Positions 13,313 to 60,732 of a DNA stretch of 64,000 nucleotides are shown piece after piece. The stretch covers positions 117,430,001-117,494,000 of the forward strand of contig NC_087437.1 of NCBI RefSeq assembly GCF_036321535.1, read 5' to 3'. The position numbers were made by a program, and so were the translations under genes. This DNA is from Camelus dromedarius. Its lineage: Eukaryota. Under the pieces are notes generated by a model. The model was given only the letters and a program-made list of their open reading frames with translations, ran no database searches and had not been told where the DNA came from. Position 1 is the first letter of the stretch. Each line of letters opens with the position of its first letter.

Positions 13313-14060
13313 AAAAATTAGAATTTTCAGTAGCTCAAAGACAGCAGCTAACCCCACAAACTTGTTTGCCCATTTCAAAGTTTTTCCACTTACCCTTTTT
13401 ATATCTGAAGATCAAGACAAGCCCCTTGCCTGAACCCTTGGTCTGGACCCTGTGTCCCCTCTGGGCTCATCTGAGGTCCCCTTGGCTCCCCACCTAGTAG
13501 CATTCAGGTTCCATAAGTCTCTTTAATGTTCTCAGGGTCCCAGGCCTCCTGCCACCTATCCTGCTGCGGAGGTGCACATTGTTCCCTCTGCCCCAGGAGT
13601 GGTTCCCCAGCCTCCACCTTCCTACCCAGTTAACTCCTGACATGCCCCCCCCCCACACTGACCCCGGCTCAAAGCCAGTTTCCTCAGAGAATCTCCCCCC
13701 TCCACCCCACCTCTCATCAAAGCTGCCTTCAGAGATTTTACTGCAATTTGAATTACAGTGTAAATATGCTTTATGTAAATTTGAGCTTTGTGATTTTAAA
13801 ATAGCCCGGGCTAAAAATATTAGTAAAATCTCTGAAATGAGCACCTCCCAGATTAGAATAAAAAGTCCCTCAGGACCACACAACTTGAGCTGCATTTCCA
13901 GTGACTTGTAGGTAGTGTCTCCACTTTGCCCCGGGGTAGCCTCTCAGTAACTGGTGGACAGGAGTACCCCCCCACCTCCCCGGGCTGGAGGGCCCTGCTC
14001 ATGCTGTGGAACTTCTGGGCGTGGTTATGATCATTACACATGCAGAGCTGTTATGGCACT

Positions 14061-14560
14061 TGTAAGGGGTCAGAACGTGCAACTCTAAAGTATGCCACTT
14101 TGGCAAAGGATTATTTTAAGCTGAAGATAATTGAGAAACAGCAGACACCAAACAAACTCTCTGCCCTCCTTTCTCTTTTGTACCAGGAAGGGCAAAAACG
14201 ATCTTAATCGCCGGAGGCTTGTATCAGAATCCACATGACAAACCTTATCAAGACAACCCTTATCTTACAGTAGTTTCGCCCAGACGCTCACCTTCCTGCA
14301 GTTTGCCCCCCCCCCCCCCAAAAGCCGAAACTCCTTTTCTTGTCACTTCTCTACGAATTCATTGTCTTGTTAGATACCATTTAAGCTTGAGCCCTAACTC
14401 ACGCTTAGGGCTTGTTTCTCCTGCGTGTTTGTGTGCAGCATGTGTTAATAAACTCCTGCCAATCTCTTGTTTTTTTTCTTGTTAACTTAGCTTTGTCTAT
14501 TTAATTTCTAGGGCCACAGCCATAGGCTGAGGGGGGTAAAGTGTTTTTTCCCCCTCTCCA
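14061..14560 (+). mobile_element. ERV1-class solo LTR (MER34/MER39-like)
   Basis: tgtaaggggtcagaacgtgcaactctaaagtatgccactttggcaaaggattattttaagctgaag start; gttaataaa polyA region at about 14444. Confidence 0.7.
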
Positions 14561-14985
14561 TATGCACTTTGTTATTATAACTTGAAATTTTCTAGAAGCT
14601 CTAACAATATTCTCTCGTAGTCGTGCTGAGGCTGAGGGTAGGGCTAGAAATCTTGGTTGATACTGTGCTCTGAAAGCCAGTCCTCATGACTCCTGGTGCC
14701 GACTGATACTCTAAACAACAGGAAGGACTAAAACCAAGAAAATTAAAAAAAAAAAAAAAAAGCAAATTAGGACAATAACGAGCTACCTTGGCCTTAGATT
14801 TTTATTCCTGTGGCTCATTGTTGGAATTATTTGAGTTTTGAATTATGCTAGGTCTTTGGGGACACAGCTCCTAAACAAGATCTACAATCTTACGTGTATT
14901 TATGAAGTTGTTTGATGAATATATTGACTCCCCAATTCTACCTGCCTATTCACCATTCTTCTGACCAGGTCCTAGTACAGAGCCT

Positions 14986-15555
14986 GGTAGGGAAGGGGAA
15001 AGAGTACTTTCCTCTACCCTTTTATGTTCTGTGAAAAAGGCTTGTGAATTAAACTGACAAAAGACAGATTAACAGGAGAAAAAAGTATATTTTGTGTGTA
15101 TATGGGAGCCAACAAGGGAAGCACCTGACTCATTAAATGGTTAGGGTTAATGACTTAGTAGCTAATTTAGTAAAGGAAAGGGAAGGGTTAAGAAATATGG
15201 GAAGAACATATACATTTCTTCAGGATGGACAGGCATTAAGAAAGCAGTAGTAATATTTGTCTGTGCAGGTATGAGCAGCCTTTCCATCTTATTCGGCACC
15301 ATAAATTCTGCTGCAGAAGGGATCTGGAGTAGATTTGTTTGTGTTCCCCTAGGGGGAGGAGATCCACCCTGGAGAGGAATTCATGGCAGCCTTGGAGTTG
15401 GTGGAGTTGCTGCTTTTAGTCAGAAAAAGGGAAGCTCCGGGAAGGCCTTTTTTTTTTTTTTTTTTCAATCTGTTCAATTTCAAAGGTCTTCATTTTAAAA
15501 ATAATCCTTGTGCAAAAGTGGCATACTTCAGGGTGGCATATTCCAATCCCTTTCA
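14986..15555 (-). mobile_element. ERV1-class solo LTR related to 14061-14560, in opposite orientation
   Basis: The reverse complement begins tgaaagggattggaatatgccaccctgaagtatgccacttttgcacaaggattattttt, homologous to the 14061 LTR start. Confidence 0.7.
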
Positions 15556-15979
15556 ACTGGAAGACGCAGCATTTCCCCCTATTTATTTGCTTCAGGACCT
15601 TCTCTAAGTGTATAGTCCACATGTCCCACTGGCACCTATTCTGTGCGGAAGCCCTGGACCCTGAGTCCCATGACAGAATTAGAATGTGGTGGGGACAAGC
15701 CACTTATTCCAAAAGAACCGTAAGAGAGCAGACAGTTCCATACAGTGCTGTGCTGCAGGATTTTGGGGGGTGGTCTTTTCTGGGAAGTGCCAGGGCTCTG
15801 AACAGCCAAGTTCCCTTGTTCACTTCCAAGGGGCTGGGAGAGGGTGGGTGTCTGCAGAAACCTCTGAGCGGTGGCTCTGCTGGGAATTGAACTTGACTTC
15901 TAAACTGGCCCCATCCCGGAAGACTTCGCCCTCAGGACTATTTTTTTTCCTTTCACAAAAGAACTGTTCTTGTGAACAT

Positions 15980-16620
15980 GGAGGAGCCGGGCTGGCCAAA
16001 GGAACCGGCTTGGCCAGCCTCGGGCCTGTGCTGGAGCCCAGGGAGCAAGGCTGGCGGGCAGCAGGCCACGTCCACGTGCACGTCCACGTGCACGTCCACG
16101 GGCAGGAAGGGGCCGCCGGCCTCCCGCCCGGGCAACAGTGGGGCTGAGAAAGGCTCCGGGCCAGAGAGAGGGTGGAGGCCAAGTGCAAGGGCAGCCTTGG
16201 CCCCAAGGCGGGGCGTTCTCAGCTGGGCTGATGATTAACGAGGCGTCTGCTGCTCCGGAGGAAGGGAGGCCACCTCTGTGCGCACAGCCCGGCCTGTGAC
16301 GCAAGCAACTTCCTGGTGACAGGTGAGCGCGGGCGGGATTCTCCGGTGGCTGGCAGATTTGAGCCTGCGTCTGCGTGAGGAGAGCTGGGAGGCAAGAGAG
16401 AAGCTTTTTGGGAATAGAGGACCTTTGCTGAAGCCCCGAGGGGCCAATCCACCTGCCAAAGGTGAGGCAGACCCTGGGCGCGTGCGGTGTGGCCAGCAGA
16501 CTCCCCGCAGGTACCCGCTCTCCTCCCAGAAGCCGGTGCCCAGCCCCCGCCGGCCGCTGGCTGGTGTCCAGGGAAATGTTGGACGATCGAACGCGCATCT
16601 GTTTCCCAAATTGCACGGAG
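15980..16620 (+). promoter_or_regulatory. CpG-rich putative IGSF5 promoter with a non-coding first exon ending at 16322
   Basis: Local GC/CpG enrichment; GC box AGGCGGGGC at about 16206; HNF1-like GCTGATGATTAAC at 16227-16239; ETS core ACTTCCTG at about 16308; strong donor CAG|GTGAGC at 16322/16323. The ATG exon has its own acceptor, so an upstream non-coding exon is expected. Confidence 0.65.
16067..16102. repeat. Hexamer tandem repeat (CACGTC CACGTG)x2 CACGTC CACGGG
   Basis: Read directly from the sequence. Confidence 0.95.
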
Positions 16621-19441
16621 TTAAACATTAAAAGATCGGGCTGCTCTGTGAGTTTAGGAATTTGAGGCTATTTCTATCAAGCGTCCCTTCTCTGGGGATG
16701 CGTGGAAAGCCGGACTGGGCTGGAATGTGGGGAGATGGGGATTCAAAGGCTGGAAAATTCCTGGCTCTCGTGCTGTTCCCTGGACAGACTTTAAATGCCA
16801 TTGTTCTTCCCCAGTGAGAGGCCTCATGGAAAGGAAATCGCTCTCAATCTCTGGAAGTTCGGAGACTCCCCAGGTCTGGCCAGCAGTGCCAAGACACCTC
16901 CGAATGTGGGGGCACCCAGAGCGGGGGTGCCGGGGTATAGGAGGGACCTCGGTGCCTGGCTCTGTGCACACAGAGGTTTGCAGGGACCCCCTCGCCTGGA
17001 TTTCGCTGCAGCTGTTTCCCACTGAGCCCAAGAAACACCCTCCCTCCTTCTTTTTGGGTTTGGGCTTCATGCTGAGCCTAAAAACAGGATGTCTACAGCC
17101 TTTGATTTTGTGATATCAAGCTGTTTCCAAGAACCCAGACATAAAGATTTGTGTGTGGAGGGGTAAATGAGTGAGACGATCACATTTAGCAATTTTCTTC
17201 CCAAGATGACAAGGCTGGTGACCCCAGACAGGTCTTCTGAGTGTTTGTTTTCCCCTTGTTGGGGCATCGAGGAAGTGATTGGCATTTAAATCGTGTCTCT
17301 TTAAGGCACTTTAATAAGATTGAAGATTTAAAAAAGACTTTGCAGTTTTTTTGGCGAAAAGTTGGCAATTCAAATCTTCTATAGTGAAATGAATGAGAAG
17401 TTCCATCTCAGACTACTCCACAGAAATATTAACTGGCAAATTACCTGGCAGAGGCCCTCATTTAATTAAAAGGACTTGTCTGAGTTCAGTTACGACTTGA
17501 ACCAATTTGATGACAGTTCCTTCCTGCACCCACCCGTCAAATACCGTCCCCTCACAGATGCACATCTGGGACCCTGTAGGTCTCAAGGTGGTCCTGCCCC
17601 ACCTGCCCTGGGGGCTCTGCTGGGCTCTTAGAAATGGACTCATTCTGTCATACAGAGAATAAGCAAGTTAAGTAATCCGGTCCTCGTCTGCCGCCTGGCT
17701 GACCTTGGTTTTCAGTGAGTAGAAGTGTTTCCTAGTGAACCTTAAGCTATGGCTGCAGTTTCAGTAACGTCGGGTCCACATGTCGCATTTATTGCTTTTG
17801 GTAGAATGTGTGACTCATAACTCGATGGCTCAGTTTCTCCTCCATCCTCTGCTGGGGCTAACACCCTAGATGACTGACTGGAGAGCGACTGGCTTATCCA
17901 CTTGCATTCACTGAACCTTGAAAATGAGTAAATGATTTATACGGCATTCGGTTGTCGGGGATGTTGAATTGGCTCTGGGGAGCTTGCGATTTCAGTTCGG
18001 TCTGGGTTCAGCTGCTACACTGCTTGGTACTGAGTCAGGTTGGTAGGGATCCTCTGAGTCTGGTTTTGAGGATTGCCAGGGTTTGAGTCACACGGTGGGA
18101 AGGTCCTGCAGCCCAGGGTCTGTGACCCTTACATTACACCTGGCCGCTATGGTTTACTACACCGCCTGGACTTCGCCTCCCGAAGACATTAGAGAACAAA
18201 GAAGAGGAAACCCTATGTTCCCTCTTGTGAGCTGTGAGCATCCAGTGACGCACTGACATGTAAAACTGGGGGGAGGGTCTCGGGACAGGGCGTCCCTGAG
18301 CCTTCACACCCCGGCTCTGATTCATTCAGCACCTCCCATGAGGTGCCTTCCACAGGTGGAGACGGGTGGTTATTACCTGCGCCTGTCTCCCTTCTTGCAT
18401 TCCTGCTTGTGCGAGGCTGTGGGGTCTGCCTCCTACAGCCCTTAAGAGAGGACAGGAGATCCATCCGTCACAGAATCCTGCATGGGGTCTCTGATGGAAC
18501 CGGTGCCGCACGTGTTGGAGGGATGGGGTGGATCCCCCCACAGGGCTGTGAAATCTGTGTGGACGCCAAAGTGAAAACTACCCCCTAGGTCACGTCTCTG
18601 TGCTAAAGACATTTGAAATAAAGGGACACTTTCCTGAGGCCGAGGAGCCGAGTTTTTGCAGACAGTTCACAATACCTTCAGTGGCTGATTTAGTCCAAAG
18701 TGCTCCAGTGGCACCAAATGGTGCTGGTGACTGCCTTGAATGGGCCTGTCCCAGTGAGAAGGAGAAAATAAAAATAAAAAAATTCAGGGATGGAGAGTGA
18801 GCACAGGGTTTATCAAAGAGCAAAGGGGTTGGCAGAGAGGTGTACATGCCAGGGCCCGTGTGTGCAGCCAAGGGACCAGTAAGGCCTCACCTCATCTACT
18901 GTGACCTTACTCACACTGCTGTGACCTGCCCCTGCCCCTTGTCCCTCACTCTGCCCCAGCCACAAAGCTCTCTCTGCAACTCCTCAAATGCGCCAGGCAT
19001 GGTCCCACCACAGGGCCTTTGCACCTGCAGTTCTAGCTGGGATGCTCTTTCGCACACGTGGCGGTCGTCTCCCCTTCTACACTTCGTAGAGCCCCTTCTT
19101 GGGATCCTGTCTCTGACCTCCCTGTTCAGAACATCAGCCAGCCCATGAACACCCTCCCACCCGCCCCTGTTCTATTCTCCTCCCGACCTCTTACTACCTT
19201 CTAATAAGCTTATGCTCTAGTTCTTCATTCTTTGTCTGTTTTCCCTTTTGATAATGTAAATTTGTGGTGGGTAGGGTCTTTTTTTCTTTTTCTTTTTTTG
19301 TCCTGAATGATCAAAGCATCGTGATTGAAATGAGTGGCAGGAAGCCCACGCTCCTATCCCTCGGCCAGTAATTCCGTGGTAATGCTACAGCTTCTGCTTC
19401 CCCTGATTTATACACAGGCTTGGGAGCTACATCGTTTAATA

Positions 19442-19600
19442 CAGTGATTCTCGAATGTGAGCGTCTACTGGGATCGGTGCACCGCTTAACTCTTCAGGCA
19501 GATTTCTGGGCTTGCCCTCAGAGTTTCTAATCCAGCAGGTCTGGGGTGGCCTGGAGAATTTTGCTTTTCCAGCAAGTTCCTGGATGAGGCTGGTGCCTTG
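19442..19600. mobile_element. MER5A-like hAT-Charlie MITE
   Basis: cagtgattctc...cagatttctgggcttgccctcagagtttctaatccagcaggtctggggtggcctggagaattttgcttttccagcaagttcc. Confidence 0.65.
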
Positions 19601-19739
19601 GAGAGGTTAGTCAGGCTGAGGAGGGCTGACTAACCTCTCCAGGGACACATACGAGCAGGGAGGGTCCCCGTAATCTCTGGGTGGAGACACACAGTTACCT
19701 GCCTGCTTTGCTTCCCCAGGCTGACGAAGAACATTCGAG

Positions 19740-55448
<35,709 letters not shown>

Positions 55449-55495
55449 CACAGACGTCCCTTTGTCTCCACAAGGCACTTGGTGGACGACCTACG

Positions 55496-55557
55496 TCACG
55501 ATGATGCCATCACTGCTCACGATGATGTCACTGTGCTCACAGTGACGTCACCATTGC
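55496..55557 (+). repeat. Degenerate 20-21-nt tandem repeat x3 in the 3' UTR
   Basis: tcacgatgatgccatcactgc / tcacgatgatgtcactgtgc / tcacagtgacgtcaccattgc. Confidence 0.8.
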
Positions 55558-56192
55558 TCTCCTGAAGTCCTCAGGCTGGGCTCCAGCTTTGCCAGCATGA
55601 CCCGGAAGACACGATATTGCTTGGCATCATCAGAACGGATATGTTATAGCGAGAGAAGGAATCTATTTTCCCAGCTTCCAAAGCGGGATGTGACTTTTAA
55701 AATGTTTCAAGATTTCAGTGAATTCCATAGTGACTAAGTCAAAGCCGCACATTCATCATGACAGTGATCCTCATCACGCAACACTCCTGCTTGCTCATCC
55801 GACGGATGGTAGCTAAGTCTATATCCCACCATGACGTTTAAGAAGTTTTTGTTACCTTAAATTGTATGAAGATGATATTTATGTATCTTTAATATATAGA
55901 TATTATTGCATATTGTCTGTGAAAAAAGAGGATAAAAATTAGAATGAACAAGGAGTCTAAAATTTCCCAGAAAACCAGAACTCACAGGTTATAAATAATA
56001 TTACATTCTAAAGCTGACGTTCACCTTGCGAGATGCCTTGTTATTGGATATTTATACGAAGACATCATTTTTACCTGCTTCCTCGTCAGTCGTGCGCCCG
56101 TGTGCTGGAATGAGTTAGGTGTGGGTTATTCTTTGTGGGGGATGTCCCTCGAACCATGGAAAAACTGGCAATGGGCAATATAGTCTTTCATA

Positions 56193-56198
56193 AATAAA
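56193..56198 (+). terminator. Polyadenylation signal AATAAA for IGSF5
   Basis: First canonical AATAAA I found after the stop codon, followed by a GT/T-rich downstream element (gttgtactgcttttctgaactctttactcttt). Confidence 0.65.
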
Positions 56199-56649
56199 AG
56201 CCACCACAAAAGTTGTACTGCTTTTCTGAACTCTTTACTCTTTAGCTGGTAGTTAAAGCATCATAGGGTTTAGGAATCAAGCATTTTCCAAAAAACAAAA
56301 CAGGAGACTTCCATACATTTTTTTTCTTTTTTCATGTGGAGATTCTCAGTGCATTTCACTGCACACCCCATCATTTCACATTTAACCTGGAGGCTGGGCG
56401 ATTATTTGGCTGAGGTCCTTGCAGGTTGGTACAGATTTCTCTGATGGTGAGTAATTAGGAACTTCTCTGAACCCTCCATCACCCCCAAGCCCAACCATGC
56501 CATTGCCAAAGTAGAATTTGACTTTTAAATAGTGTTAAGACATTAGTGAATTCCTTAAAATTACCTAGCAAAAGACACAAATTCATCGTTTTGATGTTTC
56601 TTACCACTCAACACTCCCGGGTGCTAATCCATGGTTAGAGCAGTCTCTA

Positions 56650-57128
56650 CAGGCAGACCTCGGAGATGCTGCAGGCTCAGTCCCAGATCGCAGCAACAGA
56701 GCAAGTCACATGAATTGTTCTGGTTTCCCAGTGCCTGTGAAAGCGGTGTGTACACTACACCATAGTCTATTAAATGTGCAACAGCATTATGTCTAAAAAA
56801 CAATGCACATATATTAATTTAAAAATATTTTATTGCTAAAGAATGCTCACCATCATCTGAGGCTTCAGTGAGTCACAATCTTTTTGCAATAGTCACATCA
56901 AAGATGACTGGTCACAGATCGCCATAATAAATATAATAATAATAATGAAAAAGTTTGAAATATTGTGAGAATTACCAAAAAATGACACAGAGACTGGAAG
57001 TTAGCAAATGCTGTTGGGAAAATGGCACCCACAGACTTGCGCTGGGCTGTCACAAACCTTCAATTTGAAAATAATGCAGTATTTATGACACACAATAAAA
57101 CAGAGCACAATAAATTGAGGTATGCCCA
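56650..57128. mobile_element. Tigger1 internal-deletion derivative (TcMar-Tigger, Tigger1a-like)
   Basis: TA flanks at 56648-56649 and 57129-57130; TIRs CAGGCAGACCTC / GAGGTATGCCCA; the body matches both recalled ends of Tigger1. Confidence 0.85.
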
Positions 57129-57268
57129 TATATTATAATGATTTGTAAATTTTTTTTTAGCTTTAATCATATCAGCCCCTACCCTGGACTCCCTCTTATG
57201 AATCAACAACTAAATCAGGGATATTTATAATCTACTGCACAACACGGGGCTGTGTTGTCTTGTATCTG

Positions 57269-57380
57269 TTCTGATTGGCTGGTTCCCATACAGTATCCAT
57301 TCTGATTGGTTGGTGCCCATACACTATCCATTCTGATTGGTTGGTGCCCATACACTATCGGTTCTGAGTGGATGGTGCTC
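57269..57380. repeat. 31-bp tandem repeat x3.6 inside a short hAT-like element (about 57216-57418)
   Basis: Units start at 57269, 57300, 57331 and 57362: ttctgattggttggtgcccatacactatcca consensus. Confidence 0.9.
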
Positions 57381-58275
57381 CTGCCTTACAGGTTGTCCAA
57401 TATTTTGAACATCACCACTTAGAGGATCTTGAAAAATAAAATCATCTCTTCTAAGACTGTGTCCCTGATGTGAGGGAACTGGTCACGTATTTTCTTTAGA
57501 GAAGAACTAAAAATGCAAAGCTTCAAAAACTGGTGACTATTGCTACATCCTTTTCCTATGAGTCCTTTTTATGGGAAAAATTGCCAATTCAACTGCTTAA
57601 AAATGAGACTCTTGTTTATTATAATGACTTCTTTACTCCCTGTCAACATGATTCTGTCTCCTGCCACCATCCTCAAATGGATACAAGTCAAGGAGGAAGA
57701 TCAGAAACTCTAAGGACCCTTCAAGCAGAGCTGTTTGATGAGCGACCTCCATATTTTTTGCTTCATAGTTTACTCTCCTTAAATTGCCACAGAACCCGGA
57801 TCCCAAGACAAGGCAAATGTCACGTCATTTATGCCTTTTGTAACCTTTACAGAAGCTGGCATTCAGTAGGCATTGAGTAAATATTGATCTCAAACAGGTG
57901 AATATTGAGAAAGACAGTATATTGAAGTATAATGAATATTTGCCATCTGCCTGCTGTAAGAATCATATTCCCGTGGGGTTATTTTAGGAGTCGGTGGGGG
58001 CGGGGGGGTATTGCATGTAAAATATAATTGAACTTAAAGTTTTAAACTCTGGAGAACAATGCCAGATGATATTTGTTGAAATTTCTCCAACTTGCTATGG
58101 GCTCAGTGAATCCGTCTATGTGATTTTTTCATTCTCCCAACTCTGGGAAGTTCTCCAGTGTCACTAGTAAACAGGTTCTTAATAGTAGCTTATTCCACAA
58201 ACAAGTTTTCTCGAAAGGACCCCCAGCCAGATTCTATTTCACAAGAGGGATGTATATTTTGTGAATAGAACTACC

Positions 58276-58482
58276 TAGAGTTGCGCTGTTCAAAACCCTA
58301 GGCACATGCAGCTATTTGCACGTAAATTATTTGAAATTAAATAAAATAGAAGATTAATTTCCTCCATCCCACTGGCTACACATCAAGTGTGCAGTAGCCA
58401 CGTGTGGCTAGTGTTTACTGTATTGGCCATGCAGATGACAGGTTTCATTGCTGCAGGAAGTTTTATTGGACCGTGCTGACCT
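58276..58482. mobile_element. MER3/MER33-like hAT-Charlie MITE
   Basis: gcgctgttcaa...gtagccacgtgtggctagtg...gaagttttattggaccgtgctg. Confidence 0.7.
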
Positions 58483-60654
58483 AGAGCCAGCTCCTCGGAA
58501 ATGACCTTGGCGTGTCCAGGATGGGCCCTTTTACACAAACACGTAATCCGTGTTTTCTCTCAGGGTTACGTCTGTGTACTTGCCAGTTTCTATTTAGGAG
58601 TCCTGCAAACCCCAAGGCAGCTCTCAGCTGATAATGGGATTTCACTGATGTGGTGGATTCATCGCTCACTCCGGCGATGTGGAGAGCTGAAGCAGGCTCA
58701 GGGGCTGGGGTGAGAGGGGTCGAAATGTCATGGCCAAGGGCATTTCTCAGAAAGATAGATGTGACTCTCTGCTCATGAATGGCCAGTGAAGCTAAGATAA
58801 ATTAAACAGATTCCTCAGAGTCTCATTCATAACATCCTACCCAGAGGGACCCCATCTGCCCATCTTTCCAGGGATCTTTGACCTTGGTTATGCGGTCACA
58901 TTGCAAACCTACCCCATGAAGTCAGGGATTTTCCAGAGTTTACTTAGAGTAGGACTCACTTGAAAATGCCAACATATTGAAGATGATCGGAGCTCAAACA
59001 GATGCACCTCCTTTGCCATGTGCGGTCCTGATCTGGGAAAACCATTAGGGACGTTAAAGTTGTATTGCTAGTTCCTAGGCAGCGATGACCTAAAGGTGAG
59101 TGGATTTTGCCAAGCATCCGGGAGATGCTGTGTCAGCATCCGAACCTACCACTTAAGTGAGTAAAATGTCTCTGGATAAGAACGCCGTGTCCTGTGAGGA
59201 GCGGGAGTGTAGTCCTTTCTGGGGAACAGATAAGGATGCAGAGCTCAGAGATGAGAGAAGTCAGTGAGGGGCTGGAAGGAAGGGTTCAGGGGTGTGTAGG
59301 AGGGGATGGAAGGCGGTCTGGCATGCCTGAGGCAGGACCCGTGGGCCTGGGGGGCTGTTATGCTCCACAGGGCTCACAAGGCAGGGAGAGGAGGGCAGCC
59401 CTGGATGGAGAGGGCCCCTGCCAGTCGCTGGGGCACAGGTAGAGGGACACAGCCAAGTCGTGGAAGGGAGTCAGGCGACAAAGCCTCCGTCTCCTCACTT
59501 TCTTGCTCCCTGTCCCCAACCAGAGCCAGGGGTCCAGGTTGCCCACTGATACCATCGGGCTGGAGGAGGGTGACACACGGATGGGGAGAGGAGGCAGTGA
59601 CACCCAGCCAGGAGGACGTGGATGTTTAGGAAATAGAAATCAGGGCCTCGAGAATGCGCCTGTGACGTCATGGGGAGGACGATGTGTCAGAAGGGTTCCA
59701 CTTCTTCCTCTCCTTGGGATGAATCCATTTACCAAAAGAGGACACACGTGGGGGGAAAGGAATCTGGCGGCATTGAACTTGAGTGGGTCACGGCTCTGGT
59801 GACACATCGGTAGAACAGAGGGATTGAGTGCACCCCCATCCTACCTTCATGGAGATGTTCACACACACCCACACACACACCTGTGCCCTGTCCTCATCGG
59901 ACACGGCCCGGCTTTTGGGACCGGGGCTGCCCCCCTGACTGCATTCAGGCCTCCCTCACTCCTGCAGCGTTTGGAGGGAGCCACGCTCCCCTGCAGATAG
60001 TAAATATTTAATTCTCATCTCACCCAGCTTGGAAATCATGCGGCAGACCATGACCTCGGGGAGACTCACTTTTCAGCGTTTACGAAGTAGGGGCTCCAGC
60101 CTCTCGGCCTGGAAGTGGGCAAACCCGAGGCAGCGGGCTGGGGCCCGAGCAGAAGAAGCCCCTCGTTGTCTTCTGTCTCTTGTTGAGTAAGACGTGTTAT
60201 CTCTAAAAACGCAATGAGACTCTGAAGGGGCCGGTGGGACAATGTGTGAGAATCGTTGCTCAGCCAGTGGCTTCAGACGGAGAGATTCATGCCTGTCCTT
60301 GTAATCCACCTGGGTTGATAAAGCAGAAAATTTATAAGACTCCAGAAAAGTCTCTGGGGAGACACGTAGAACAGAAGGTGTGGATTTTATTCCTCCTCGG
60401 AAGCCTGAAGGATGTATGGTATTTCCTGGGGTAACAGTCTGGGAATTCAGTCACACTGGGCTTCACTTTCATGGCTAACACGGTCTCAGGGAGTTCAAAT
60501 AATGGCGCGTGTTGTCTCAATCAGAAACAGATTTTAGAAACCGCAGTTGATCTAGTTTCTTTTTTTCTTTCCCTCAGAAAGTACACACTGGACTGGGTTA
60601 AGTGCAGTGTAGTCAGTGTCAAGCCTTGTATAGCGGCAGGAGCATCTTCACAGC

Positions 60655-60732
60655 TGTGTGTGTGTGTGTGCGCGTGCCTGTATACACGTGTGTGTGTGGT
60701 ATGTATACACGTGTGTGTGCACACGAGTGTGT
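60655..60732. repeat. Imperfect (TG)n / alternating purine-pyrimidine tract
   Basis: tgtgtgtgtgtgtgtgcgcgtgcctgtatacacgtgtgtgtgtggtatgtatacacgtgtgtgtgcacacgagtgtgt. Confidence 0.85.

Larger units (their letters stand above)
55449..56220 (+). other. IGSF5: IGSF5 3' UTR (approximate end)
   Basis: Runs from the stop codon to the AATAAA at 56193 plus about 20 nt; AT-rich distal half. Confidence 0.65.

Noticed and set aside
57269..57380. 31-bp repeats as a CRISPR array
   Set aside because: The units are head-to-tail with no unique spacers, there are no cas genes, and the context is mammalian.
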